DNA of 64,000 nt from Amphiscolops sp. MND2022 (lineage: Eukaryota): NCBI GenBank assembly GCA_964187785.1, contig OZ076409.1, positions 61,258,001-61,322,000 on the forward strand. Reading direction: 5' to 3'. Below, in pieces: positions 1 through 13,200 of this stretch (positions are counted from its first letter, which is position 1; the number at the start of each line of letters is the position of its first letter). Both the position numbers and the translations under genes were made by a program. The notes under the pieces were generated by a model that saw nothing but the letters and a program-made list of their open reading frames with translations, was not told the DNA's origin and searched no databases.

Positions 1-3000
1 ATCACAGAACGCCACTCCCAATAAATGGAAGTTCCTAGAAACCGGCCCCTGCATCAAATTTTGTCCCGTGACGTTTTTCATCTTCTTGCCAACCTCAAGC
101 CTGCGGCGGCGCCTGTCGTTGCATTATTTGGCCATTACAATATCAGGAAGTTCATGAGCTGATTGATCTCCAAGAATTTCATGCGCTAAGTGATCATTTT
201 CATTTAGATTAAAATGAAAATCGGAGCATGAGATGCCTCTTAGATGCATGTTTTTCTCACGTTTTATTACTCTTGCGTCATACATTTTTGACGTCATATA
301 ATAATAACGTCACACTGATGTCCAGAAAAACATATTCGAAGTGACATCTGTGACAAGAGGCGCAATGACACTGCAGTTTTATTGGTAAACTCTGAAGACT
401 CCTTAGCAAAAAATTGTACACCTTTCTTCTTCACTGGCTTGGCAAAGAAAATATTAAACAATATTCTAGAATTAGACCTCTCTGGAGGTAGCGCTCAATC
501 GTTTCTGGAACAATTCGAGAATGTGGAAAAAATGGAAATTTAACAGCAAAAAAAGTTTCGAAAAAATGAAAAAATGATAGAATCACAATTTGGCAACTTC
601 AAATTGATTGGTTTTAGTATCTTCATTTTACGAGGCCGCCAACTTCATGCTTTCACAGTTTGATATGGTTTTTGTTACGGTTGTTCTGACAAATAGATCA
701 GAAATTAATCCTCGTTTACCAAGCTTTTCCTTTCATGAAAAGGTCACTTTGTTTTACAAACCTGATCAGACTTTCATCACCAGCGAGCAAGGCTGATCAA
801 TCATCAACGAGGCAGTTCTACAGTGGATCATCTACAGTTATACAAAAATCAAGTGTCTTGTCCGTTCCAGGTAATTTTAAGCTTCAAGAGACTGATGATA
901 CTGCAGTTGACAGACAACCCGGTATTATGGTTTGTTATAGATTTTGTAGGTGCGTTCTGAAGCAGGAGAAGAGAGTTCGAATCTCACAAGTGTTCATTTT
1001 TTTGGCTCGTTTTCATTGGTAATGAATACTTTTTTGGATTGCCATTGACTTTTCCAAAAAAACAACAATGTCGGAATATAATTCAACATTTCGCTCAACG
1101 ATGAAATGCCGATGATATTCAAGGATGATTTTGAGCCAAAAAAGTTACTTTACTTCGCGAAGATGTCATCAAAAGTAGGCAACGGACTGTTTAGGATGAC
1201 ATGGTCCATTATCGTTAGCTTCTTAAACTTTCTAGACATACTTTTTATTTTTTCGACATTTCGTTGATCTGTTGCGATGCCTTTCATTTTCCAGCTTTGA
1301 ACACGTTTCATAAATATGTCAGTCTTTCACAATCGTATTGCTGATAAAGATACTTCTTCGCGTTAAGATTTTACTCCAAGTATATTACCCGATACGGTCA
1401 GTGAATCGACATTTTGTTTCACATTTTCGATTTGGGGTTATCAATACTCGGTTCATAACAATTTAGCCGAATTTTTTGAGTTTGAATCGTGCAAACCTAA
1501 AAAGTCTTCTTTCTAATTGACAAATAAGACTGTTTTTGAAACTTTATTTGAGAGTATTTAACAGCAAATCAAATTATAATTATTACGCCAATTTCAACAT
1601 GAAGCATTTATTATTCGATATGCTATAAAAACTCCAACCGACACTACTACATTCTGATTGGTCATCTGATCCGATAGAGGATGATGTCAAAATGACGACA
1701 CCCGAATTTAAATGCTGATTGGTTGTTACTATGACGTGATCAAAACGTCAATGAAGTGAACTCATCGCATCTTGAATGCTTCGGTTGCGAAATGAGGGCG
1801 AAAAGGGTTCTGAGAAAAACCTCTTTGGTACGTTTTGGTAGTGAGAGAAGCCATCGTTTTGGGTTCATTGACCGATAGTATACACAACCAAGCCAGTAGG
1901 TCGTCCGTTTCACTCGCGTTTGTGTCGCCCAATGTTGACCAACACGGAGTAGAGTTCTAGAATACATACAATTTCATTTTTACCCATTTTAAATCTGAAT
2001 TAAATCAAGCAATTGGAATTCTCGCGTTGCCAGTAGGGGTAATTTCTGTTATCCCCATTCTTCCTTCTAGGAAAGAATTCTCCCCAAGGGCTGATGCGTC
2101 ACTGCTCATAGACAGCTGCAATTTTCCAACCATACAGTCTTTACAAAAAGTACTCGTTTAGCAGCTAGGTCAGTTTTCTTAACAGCCAGGAAAACACTTC
2201 TATTGACAAACAGCTAACTAGTTCTTAATAAATGAGTGTTCAAAAAGAATGCATAAGGTCATTACCGCTTACTGCTAGAATTCTCGGATCTCTTTCACTA
2301 TGCAAAACCCCCCTATGTCACTCGTTACACTATGTCCCCCCTAGAAAAAAAGAATGTTTACGGCTCATTTATATTCATCTCCTTTTGGCTAGTCTCTGAT
2401 CCTATTCTGTCAATCAATTGATCTCTTCGTAACTATCTACACTTTTATTGGCTTTTATTATCAAAATCCCCACTCAGCCAATCAGAAGCGTTGTTAAATA
2501 AGAGCAGATTTGCGCTAGTAGAATGTGCAATACATGTATTTATTGATTTTTCACTTTGTACCCCTTTTTTGCTTCAGGGGGGGCATAGTGAAAGAGATCC
2601 GAATTCTCTTTTATACAAGATACTTCTATACAAAAATTCTGATTGGACTAGGAAGGTTTACTACCGGAAAATTTCATGAAAAGATTTTTCAAAGAAGATT
2701 TGCTCAAAAATGATAAATTAACGTTTTGAAACCTCTTTGTAAATGTTTTGTAGTTGCAAAAACCTTCCTGAACTCCGAAGTGGCCTATTTCAATGCAACA
2801 TCAAATCTAGTTGATGTGAAATCTCGATTTGAATTTCGTGATATCTTGGTGATACCAGCCAACCCGACCCAACCTTTGTTTGATAATCAATATTCCTCAT
2901 GAATTTCGCTTTAAGTGAACAACGTTTGTATTTTAAATTTCAAGTGAGCGGTCTCGTATGTCAAAGATTGTTAATATTGATGATATTTCATCAAAGTTAT

Positions 3001-3894
3001 TTGTATGTTGCTGTCTATAAAACAGTTTCTCACGATGGCATTTTAGGGTTATTATGGAAGAATCATGCAACGGTCTCTTGTATGATCAATCACGACGCGA
3101 GACTTAGTGCGAAAAACCATGACCGTCCACGATTTTCAGTGAAACTTGAAATGATATTTTGAGCAATTCCTGGTAACGGATGATATCTTATGAACGAACC
3201 ATGACAGGCAACTTGGTGGACTGGTTGCGAAGGCGAGCACGCATACATTATATTTCGACGTTCTTCCTCCTATTTTCTATAGGCGTTTTTCCTGAGACGG
3301 AATTACTGCCTCCCAAAGTACAATGTAGTGTTGAAGAGTGTACACTGATTCAAACAACAAATTGCACCATACTTGAGATAAGCTTTTTGTTTGTTATCGT
3401 TTTTCCACTTAGTGATTTCGGTGATGCAAGCTAGCAGTGACTTTATCAGTGGTTCTTGTTTTCAAAGGAGGTTTTCAAATTCATCGGGGTATGACAGAAA
3501 ACACTCAAACAAGCTGCAGTGTTCATTAGCCATTTTTCTTTCTAATTGTACTTTTTGTAACAATCAGGATGTGGAAATACTTCATTTAGGATAATCTATC
3601 GACTTCGTTCTCACTCGAGAAGGTTCACATTGGGAAGTTTTCTTTTCGGCATCATTTCTAGTGATGTTTTTTTTCGACATTCCGAGTTCAGTCTGTTTGG
3701 TGCTAGCTTTCCACCGCTTTCCAATCAAAAAAGTTGTATTTATCTTTAATCTAATTTGTTTGAATTAAGCACAGAGAATAAAATAATGCAGTGCTAATGG
3801 GGATTTTGGTTTGTTTCATGATAGGAAGTAGCATTATTTCGGCACTTCGAACAGTAGTGTTCTTTTTAGTGACTCTTTTATCGGCTCCAGATAA

Positions 3895-4270
3895 CTTTCT
3901 CGCCTGAAAGTTTGAAATAGGTTATAGGAAAGATGCCCAAGAAAAAAATGTCCAAGAAAAAAAACGTCCCAGTGAAACAGGCCCATAGGAGATATTTCTA
4001 GAAGCTATTAATTCTCATAGCAGGTGTAATTTTTATATTGGTTGTATGACTAGGCCTTGCTTCTTACGGTGCGCTTTGCGCCCCTCCAGGTCGGCTTTCG
4101 TCAAAATCAGTCGTTGGACTACTAATGGCACGTCGCTCCGCTTCTCTTCTATCCTGCATTTAGAGCACTAGAGGTATGCGAACAGAGCTGACTTTCTATT
4201 GACGTTATTACGCTTTGGGCGTTTTTCCTATGGTGGTCTTTCTTAGGGCGTTTTTTTTCGAGGCAGAATA
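3895..4270. mobile_element. Degenerate small non-autonomous DNA element (MITE-like) with inverted subterminal motifs
   Basis: Left side has repeated GGAAAAA-CGTCC/TGCCC-type motifs; right side has complementary GGGCGTTTTTCC motifs. The core ATGGCACGTCGCTCCGCTTC (4125-4144) recurs at 63230-63249. Boundaries approximate. Confidence 0.4.
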
Positions 4271-4418
4271 GTGTAAATGAATCAAAAGTAAATCATTAAG
4301 TTTGTAACTAATTGCACTGCATTTTCAATTTTTCTTTAGCAAGCTAATTGTGTCAAACTGTTTTTTTCTACAGTTTTTGCTGTTTTTGTTGGGAAAAGGA
4401 CAAAATTACGTGGCTTAC

Positions 4419-4673
4419 CAAGATGGACGACTGAGTCTTTCTGAATATAGAAATGGACGATTTCTTCTGGCTGTGATGTGCGAAACGCTGTGACCTCAGA
4501 TCACTTTGGTTCATTCCTGCTGCGAACGTGTGACCCTGTTGACCTTTGACATTGAATGGCGTAGTCGTGAGGAGCAAAACTGAGATGGCCAGGGACAAGG
4601 AAAGAGTTTGGATCATTTTGGACATCGAAGGTGATACTGAACTGTGATTGGCTGAAATTGCTGGTGACCCCAT
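4419..4673 (-). CDS. Probable first coding exon of a host secreted or membrane protein (signal peptide)
   Basis: Minus strand: pyrimidine-rich acceptor TTTCATTTTAG| (exon starts 4687), ATG at 4673, hydrophobic MIQTLSLSLAISVLLLTTTPFNVKG-QQ segment, and a consensus donor TTG|GTAAGC after 4419 (phase 0). A second strong donor GTG|GTGAGT lies at 5046/5045. Downstream exons were not identified. Confidence 0.5.
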
Positions 4674-6395
4674 CTTTTTCCGGCAAACTAAAATGAAAGA
4701 AAAAACTTTAAAAAAAGAGTTGTTCCATCAATAACACAGGTTGTCCGGTTATAGATGGTTGATGAAAAATTGAGCTTCTTAACAATATCATCCCAGTGAG
4801 CCCACAAACGTCACTATTTTTTCAAAATTCCACCTTGCACGGTGAAAAAGAGCGGAAGAACTAAGTTGATATCATTCAAAAACAACTGCCAAAAACTATC
4901 AGTTTTCTCTTTTCCAAGTAACAAATAACGTACAATGAAATTAGGTCTATAACTAACTAATTTCAAACCAACTGCAATTTGATGTAGGAAGGCTTCTAAA
5001 ATGTGCTTGGTAAAATACATTCTCTCTTGAAAGCGTATAACTCACCACGGAATTTCGTGGATTGATTGTGGATATACCATGACGGGGCGACCACATTTTG
5101 ACCTAAAAACGGTCCAAATAGGGAGAGCTCACGTTGCTTTAGTTTTGATTTTATTTTGACCTAACAGTTTTGGGTATATTTCGAGCAAAAACATTGAAAA
5201 ATTATTTAAAATTAATTAGGTTCAAGTACAATTGCTAGAGTGAAATTATATACAGATTCGCACGTTGTCGGGTATAAAAGTACAGTCTTTTGGCAAAAGT
5301 TTATTCAAGAGTGAAAACATTCGCTCAACAGCTGCACTTGCAGGATTGCAAGACTGCGAAGCTGCGTAATGAAGTGGCGAAGTTCCTTCCCCAGACTGAT
5401 AAAATACGTCGAAGATGTCACTTTTTTTACAGTCGCATATCCAAATAATGCTTCAAGGTCTTCTACGACAATGATAGCGCTCATTTCTTCATAGGCCTCT
5501 TTTATAGAAAATTGTCACGTTCGAGCTTCCAAAACAGCCAGAAAAGAGGTCTGTAATTTCTTAAGCTTTTGATATTATACATCCGTCTTTTTCGTAGGAC
5601 TACACGATTTGTTTTACTTCGTGCAAATGTGGAGCGTAGTATGATGTACATGTATATGGAGTACCCCTTTTCACTTAGATTTGTGTTCTATTCGAAATCA
5701 ATCAATAATAAATCAGTACCAATTACGTAAATTGGTTAATTTAATGATGTTCTTAAGCTTTCGATTGAAATGGGTACTTTGCTTGAGGAGTAGGCAACAA
5801 GATCATCAACTTCACCGTTAATTGACTACGTTATGCTAACTTGTCATGCATAGCAAAGATTTAATCCATAAAAGAGTGATTGTATAGAAAACATATAATC
5901 CATAAATTGACCTGTGATTAAAAAAGTAACCCATGTTCGGTAATTAGGTTTGGGACGCCTTATGATTACGTGAATTTCTCAAAATTTGTCTAAGTTTCCA
6001 AAATATGATAGAAACGAACCTCCTGGTTTTTGCCTAGTTTACATTACTGTAAATTTGAAAGTCCTAAAACTAGTATGAGACAAAGTTTGCAAATAATAAA
6101 TTTTGCTTGTAAAACAATGGAAATACAGTTACAGAGGCTAAGAGCAGAATCTGGATACTATTTACTTTTTAAAATTGTTGAAGGTGCCAAGCATTGACTA
6201 ATTACACTCGAAAAAAAGTTAGTCCGCAAAAGTGTTCATGTAAAATCACAAATCTGTAGTCTCAAATCTATACGCAATCTTAATACATGCACCAGAATTA
6301 ATTCAGCCGAGATCACCGACTTTCTTCCGACATTCATTTAATAAGTGTCATAAAGTTTGGGATGAAATCTGTGGCCAACGATGAAACGCAAGATA

Positions 6396-9353
6396 AAGAG
6401 GACGCCCGCTGAGCAGCGAGATATTTTCCGCCCCAAGCTGTTCGACAACTACATAAATTTGAGGCTCAAGAATAGCCAATGCACTAAAAAACGCAAAGAA
6501 GTTCGAAGAAAAAAAGCTTCGATTCATCTTAGCCCATTTTAAAGGAAACACCTAATTTAATAATTCTGCGATAGCTGGCCACTTTTCGTTTTTCTTTCGG
6601 CACTATGCGACTTACCGAGAAAAGAGAAAATTTTCAAAAACATTTATGAAAATAATTTTGAAAAATATTTTTTGCCATTTTAAGTTTTTGAGCTTTAATG
6701 TAAAAAAATGAGTTTCCCGAGTCTTAAGGGTGACTTCTTTGTTACTTTTCATCATATGGAACTGACGAGGTTTCTTTTTGGTTGTGGAAATTACCTCATT
6801 TCAATTTTTTTTGGCTCTGTGCGTCAAAACTTTCATTTGGTCAAAGAGTACCCCTTTGCTTTAATAGCTGATTTCGGCTTGAGAAAAGTAGTTTTGCGAG
6901 CTGAAACCTGTGTCGCCATCATAGAACTTTAGCGGAAAAAATCAAAAAATTGTTTTTTTTTGTGATTCCTGTCGGGGAAAAAGTGGTTTCCTAGCCTCAG
7001 GCGATTTTCTTGAGGTAATTTTTGGCACTGATAAAATGGTGAAAGCTTGAAACTAGGTCCTTTGAACTTTTCATTTGTTATATTATCGCACATATTTACG
7101 CCACAAGTGTCAAAAATTGGGAATAGTTTTGACAACTTTGGGGTCAATTTGAGGAATTTTTCGAACATGAACAGATGTTTCTTCAAAAATAAGCCTACAG
7201 GACACCGGGTTTAGTTGTTGAATGTTTAGAATATTCTAACCCAAAAAGTAGCTAGAAACATTTTCCTTTGGAAGGTGTACTCCATATAAAGTGAGTTTGC
7301 TCGGAGATTCAGAATTTTAAATATTGGACAAATGAGGTCGAAAATTACGCTTTCAAGTTAGTTTCTGAAAAATGAGCAAATAAATTGTCTGAAACTTGAA
7401 TAAATTTCTTTTAAACACTACCTGTAGCTACACGTTTCAATACTGAGCGTATGGTGTTTCTGGTTTCTGATGGAAGTAAAATTTTGGAAAAGGTCCAAAA
7501 TCGGGACTATGTTTTGAGAATACAGAAAGTTCGGGTACTTTGACACCTTTGTTGTAAACTCTATGAACTTTATCTCTTTCTTTTCCCCAATTGCATTTTC
7601 AATATCGTTATGTTTCAACACTCATGTCTTTGGAAGTTCTATTCTTCAAAAACGTTCGTGGTTTGAACAAAAATTGGGATTAGTTTGTCAAACAACGTGC
7701 ATTTCGTTGTTTCTTGGATTTTTGGGTGTTCTTGAGACCAATTCTAACAAAAAAGTTGTTATCTCTTCAAGATTGCCTTGAGTTACCTGGATTAGTCAAT
7801 GTTGAGTTTTTCAGTTCATATATGCAAGGAAATAGCTCAAAACTTGTACAAAACACGGCCTAAAAATGTAAAAAAAAACTTGAAAAGTCTCAGTTGATCT
7901 AATATTTATGTTATGCTGAGGAACCCTTCGACCGTAAATTAGCCAATTGTTTTTTGAAAAACGTGCTTTGCACCTAGCTTGGTCATCTGGACTTTTTCGA
8001 AGCTTCTATTTTTCCGAAACTTTCCAATCTCAAATAAAAGTTTATTGAAAATTTCGACTTTTTTGACTTTTTGCGGTAAATTTTGAGCCATTTTCCAACT
8101 GAAGTCTGCAAGTATCCTTTAAAAACCTATTGAATTATGACTTCAGTCTTTGTTGAACGTTTGCCAACATTCTGACTCCAAAACGGTTCGATAAGTACAC
8201 AAGTTGAACAAAAAGGATGTTTTTGAAAATTTTCGACTGCTTTGGAATCATTCTGAAGTATTTTTGAAGCAAAACGCTGCAACGTTCTCTTCACGAACTG
8301 TATTGCATAGCTCAGCTCGTATTTGGCTTGTTGAGTTGATTGTATTGGAACTTAGAGCAAAATCTCCCGGCAATTGTACAAAAAGGGCATCAAAAACGAC
8401 AAAACGACAATTCAAGGTCGATTTTAGGCTTTTTTCATTAACAAATTGAACTTAGCTCGTGACGAAAACTCTCCGAAAGAACAAATTTGCCCCTGCTTTA
8501 AGGGTATACACAATTTAGTCCACGAAGTCTATCGATAGTTTGACAAAAATTGAACAAAAGTAGTGAAAATCATATAACTTTTGAAACTTTGTCATTTTCG
8601 ATATCAACTACAAACAGTTTTCGTTTAAAAAACTGCTTTATCTCTTTTTCAAGCATCCTGGACAACACATTCCTTCCTTGTTGACCCGTTTCAATGGTAA
8701 CATTGACTAAATCTGTCGAAAACTTTGAAAAAAAATCACAAAGTCTTTGAAAATTAGAAAATTTTGGAATTTTTGTCATTTTCGGCGTCAATTTGAGATT
8801 TTTTCATTTATAAAACAGCAATTATCTCTTCCGAAAAGCCTACTGGACAACGAAGTAGTGCCATGTTGAGTGTTTTTTACATTCTAATCCACGAAGTCTA
8901 TCGACAATTTGACAAAAGTTGCATAAAAACGTTAAAAATAGGGAGTTTTTTGTTGTTTTTTGTCATATCAGGGGTCAATTTGAGATCTTTTTCTTCTGGA
9001 AAACAGCAATTATCTCTTCATAGAAGACTATTGGACAACGAGTTTGTGCCTTGTTGAACGATTTCAACATTCTAATTCACGATATCTGTAAAAAAAGACA
9101 AAAACTGCCTTAAAATACAAAAAATTTCTCCTTTTGGGGTTATTTTTGGGTCATTCTGGGGTCGTTGGGGTCAATTAAAAAAGTCCAAAAATCTCCACAA
9201 ATACAAATCGCACGAAGTTAAGTTTTTGCGATTTGATTTCTATGGGTAACACCCTTAAAGTTAAATATAAATTTGGTGCTTGGCAAATTTTGTAAAAAAA
9301 ACCGTTTGATTTAAATATTTTCCTTTCCCATATGAAATATGGGCGAAAAATAA
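6396..9353 (-). mobile_element. Helentron-associated non-autonomous element (HINE/DINE-1-like), family B, long ~2.96-kb copy
   Basis: SubTIR pair TATTTTCCGCCC (6422-6433) / GGGCGAAAAATA (9341-9352). The 5' end (right) has a fold-back; the 3' end (left) has the stem-loop CCCGCT-GAGC-AGCGAG next to the subTIR. Central tandem repeats; homologous copy at ~42700-45150. Confidence 0.7.
8450..9150. repeat. ~185-bp degenerate tandem repeat (about 4 units) inside the family B HINE
   Basis: TCCACGAAGTCTATCGA...TGACAAAA-like motif at ~8520, ~8705, ~8888 and ~9076; equivalent array at ~44320-44900. Confidence 0.7.
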
Positions 9354-9779
9354 TAAAAACTAACCAAAGTTGTTTCTTAATTAGGCAAAATTCCAAAACG
9401 TGGGTTGCAAACACCGTATTACATAGAGAGGTTTTGAGAGCTATTTTGTGCAATATTTGTCTTTGAAACAAACACAAATGTAATCTAGATTGAACTTCAA
9501 GGAACTTTCATCGAAGGCATATCTCTTGAATCTCAATAATATTGGAGATATGGACAGAAAAATGGAGTGTTCCAACATTAATAACAACTAGATGCTCCAT
9601 TCTTCTATCACAGGACTGTTTTATGGAGAGCATTTATTCCATAAAATGATCATGTCTTTTTCTCCTGGCTGGTCACTTTATGACTAAACTGGTTTCATAT
9701 AAGACCGGATACGACGTCTTTTCATGATCTAGATGTTTTTGTATTCGGGTCAACCAGAAATGTATCACTTTGATACTCA

Positions 9780-10207
9780 AAAAATTGGGTTTCTTCCAGA
9801 AATTCAGCAGCAAAATGTAGGTTCGTAGCTACATAATATGTAAGTAGTTACGTTAAGGTGTATTTAAAAGATAATTGAACTTTTTCAAAAAAGTGCTTAG
9901 GTTACCTGCCCCAAAATGTTCCAAATATGCTAAATTTTTTAAAAATTTATAAAATTTCTATTCCATTTTCGAAAGTTTTTGTGGCTTTGAAAATCTGCAG
10001 AGCTCAGTGACAAAACAGTTAGCTGTTTAGCATACATTTTGGTAGAGGATTTGGAAATTTTCAAATAAAAGAAAAGATTGCTTAAAAATATTCGAAAAGT
10101 GTCAAAGTTGTCATTTTTTCAATTTTTTGCGAAAATTTTGTTGTTGTTGTCGCTAAATAAAGTTAAGGGAAAAATATCACGGTGCTGCCCAGTGGGCGTC
10201 TTCTGTT
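9780..10207 (+). mobile_element. Family B HINE 3' fragment, opposite orientation to the 6396-9353 copy
   Basis: Ends GGAAAAATATCACGGTGCTGCCCAGTGGGCGTCTTCTGTT, matching the family 3' terminus; interior resembles the reverse complement of ~7410-7480. Confidence 0.4.
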
Positions 10208-11130
10208 TAAAAGTTTCTCGAATTTGTTCAGGGATCAAATATATTTTTGAATATGTAAACAAAAAATGTTTACCTGTGATTCTTGTTTTTTGTCGGTATT
10301 GTAACTCTATGAAACATTCAATGGTCGGTACTCAGGTGTTTCCGCGGTGTTTTTCCCGTGACGTTCAACAATTTTTAATCCATTAACAGGAGATTGTTTT
10401 CAGCTCTATGTTCACGGTGGGAAATGTTAAAAAGTGGTATTTTCGATAAACGTGAACAATTCGTTAATTCTGTTTTTCTCACATTATCTGCCCACTTCCT
10501 GTAGTTTCCCGCCGAAAGAGAAGAAGTAACGAGGGATTGGTTTCTGCTAATTGGGAAAGATAAAATTAACACTTCACAGCTACCGTTGGTCTAATCATCA
10601 CTTCGATAAGATTATACGAGGACCTCCGATGTTGAAAAATGTTTGAATCTCTAATAGTAATCTCACCAAACTAACTTCTCGAATTTATGTTATCGGCTCC
10701 TTGAAGCAGATGCTTGACGTAACCAAAAAACAGCAAATTGAGGAAAATGTATCAGTTCTGTAGTTAGAAGCTCATGCCTTGATTCCATATTGTTGAGATC
10801 TTTGAAATTACTTTAATTTTATTGTTTGAAAAATATTTTTTTCTGACCTTTTCTGACTTCTGTCTACACTGTAAAAACAGCAGAAGTAAAATTGTCCTAT
10901 AATACCTAGGATAGCCGCAACTTGTGCGATATTACTTGACATACGTGGAGTTTACAAAATTGCCTAGGATTCCTTGGTTAAAATAACCACCTGTTTCCTC
11001 TAGCAGCTGGTATTGAAAAATCACAAACAAAAGATTTCGCACAACGTAGTCAAACCACGCAAACACTTGATGAGCTTAGAATGTATTCCTGGATCACAGT
11101 GTCACTTTGTTTCTCAAATCTGCAAACTTA

Positions 11131-11369
11131 TTATTTTCCGCCCATATTTCATATGGGAAAGGAAAATATTTAAATCAAACGGGTTTTTTTTACAAAATTT
11201 GCCAAGAATTATTGTTCACGTAATATGAAGATGTACATTCACAGAATTCAACTGACATAAATTTAGTTCCGTGCGATATGTATTTGTAAAGATTTTTGGA
11301 CTTAAAACGATTTTGTTGCTCAAATGATTTGGGGCGGAAAATATCCCGCTGGTCCGCGGGCGTCTTGTT
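11131..11369 (+). mobile_element. Family B HINE, short complete ~240-bp copy
   Basis: Perfect 12-bp subTIRs TATTTTCCGCCC (11132-11143) / GGGCGGAAAATA (11332-11343). 5' fold-back TATTTTCC...CCCATAT-TTC-ATATGGG...GGAAAATA; 3' stem-loop CCCGC-TGGTCC-GCGGG (11345-11360); ends CTTGTT. Confidence 0.78.
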
Positions 11370-12183
11370 ATCAAAATCACTTATTTATTTTTGAAATTTT
11401 ATTTCGGTTTTTCGTAATTGATTTGAACCGATTCCCCGTTGTGCAGAAAATGAGTTCGCGAGAGCTAATTTGTGAACGCTTTGAAGGATTTTCTTTAGAA
11501 AAAATCAATAAAATTCCGGTGACCAGAAAGTATGTTCATCCCTGTCTGTAACGTGGAAACATTCTAGTTTCTGGAAAATGTTTTGCTGTTTTTTTGGCTA
11601 TTTATCCCCCCACGTAGCAGGTATTATTGCCTGATAATCTAGCTAAAATGGACTTCAATTATCGAAGTAACCTCAGGCGAAACTGCATTCGGATCAAACA
11701 ATATTTTACTTAAGAAACAATAACGAAATCATCAAGAAAACCATTTTCATGTACATCATTCTTTTTTTCACGGTACCCCTTTTTATCTGATATTTTTTTA
11801 GCTCGAATGCTTTAGTTAAAATTATCTGCTTCTTCAAGTGATTCTGTTCAAGCCATTTTTGATTGGCACTTTTTCGTGAAAAATGCAAGGTTCTTAAAAA
11901 GGCAAGTTCTTTTCAGTCACTATGCAACGTCCACTTTTCTGAAAATTATGAAATTCACCTAACAACACCGGTTGTAAAGTTAACGATAGTCTAGTGGGTA
12001 CAATTTTTCAAAAAACTCTTTATACTTTTCTGATTGGGTTTATTATATTCCGAGTTGAAACAAACGATTTTCAAGTCTTGAAGGGAGCATCTGTGACTTT
12101 TTTGGCCACTGTACATTTCAAAAAAACTTCATAACAGTGTTCCTTTGGATTTTTAAAATTAATGTGATCTTGTTGAATTTTTA

Positions 12184-12721
12184 CCCAGTGAGAAAACTCT
12201 TGAAATTCTTGATAAGAATCTTACTTTTTCGTGAAACCTTTGGTAAGAATCTTGGCCAGACTCTTATCAAGAGCGCCAAGAATATGTACGATCTTGCAAG
12301 ATATTGCCAAGAGTTTCAAGAGAAAAGCTAACAAAAGTGAATGAAAACAAACAAAAACCCACGCTACTTTCGGCTTGATCTGCGTACCTATTCTACCACG
12401 GCTGTTCGCGCCACCAACCAAGCTATCATGTTCTGAATTTCAATACTTTGTGTTGTCTTACATCCAATACTTCAAAGAATGCTAGTGAAGCTGGTAGTGC
12501 GAACAATAGCAAAAACTTGTAAAAAATTGTTGTTTGTTTTACAAGTTTATTCATTTTCTTGACACCCTGGATAAGATACTTACCAAGATTCCTATCAAGA
12601 ATTTCAAGAGTTTTGGGTCAAGCGAGAAGAAACAAGATCTTATCAAGGCTTTCAATTGTAAACGGGAATATGTAAAAATATGCAAGGTCTTGGCAAGAGT
12701 TTCAAGATATTTTGCACTGGT
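12184..12721. mobile_element. CACTA/CMC-like non-autonomous element with subterminal TCTTG(N)CAAGA palindromes
   Basis: Imperfect ~34-bp TIRs (CCCAGTGAGAAAACTCTTGAAA... / ...TTTCAAGATATTTTGCACTGG) and many TCTTG..CAAGA repeats. A related cluster lies at ~13590-13735. Confidence 0.55.
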
Positions 12722-12949
12722 GGTGTGATACCAATTTCTCAACTTGTTAGGGTGCAACCCGCTGTTTTGTCCAAATATGCAATTTTTTCTCACGTGTCTA
12801 CTTTGGAGGTTCGGTTCTCGCATATATTTCTGAAAAAAAATCAACCAGCTGCAACATAGCTAATAAAGTACATTGAAAGTCATTTGTACATCCCAACTTT
12901 GGAAACGTTTCATTCGAATTTATGTACGTGTAAGATGTTGCTTGTGCTA

Positions 12950-13200
12950 AAAGAAAGCGCCGAAAATTTTTCGGAAAAAAAGTCTCACAATGCCGAAAAA
13001 AAATCAAAGTTAAAAACACCCAAGATAGTCAAAAGTACGTTTTGTAGGTCCATAGTTCACTTGTCTGCAAGTTGAACAAATAGAACAGAATTTATAGAAA
13101 GTTATAATTTCTGTCACTTCGGGCTGGTCTTGAAAAAAGAAAAAAAGAAAAGCCACTACTAACTATAGTCTGCTGTTTCTACGAAAGCGGCGACTAAAAA
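12950..13200 (-). mobile_element. Family A HINE fragment (terminal fold-back end)
   Basis: Ends TAGTCTGCTGTTTCTACGAAAGCGGCGACTAAAAA, as at 24750-24791 and 39089-39121; internal AAGTCTCACAATGCCGAAAA motif. Confidence 0.5.

Noticed and set aside
600..1500. Possible decayed Mutator-like transposase on the minus strand
   Set aside because: Only a vague resemblance; no catalytic motif or TIR pair could be established.
1650..1740. CCAAT boxes and TGACGT motif suggesting a promoter
   Set aside because: Short common motifs with no linked gene start.
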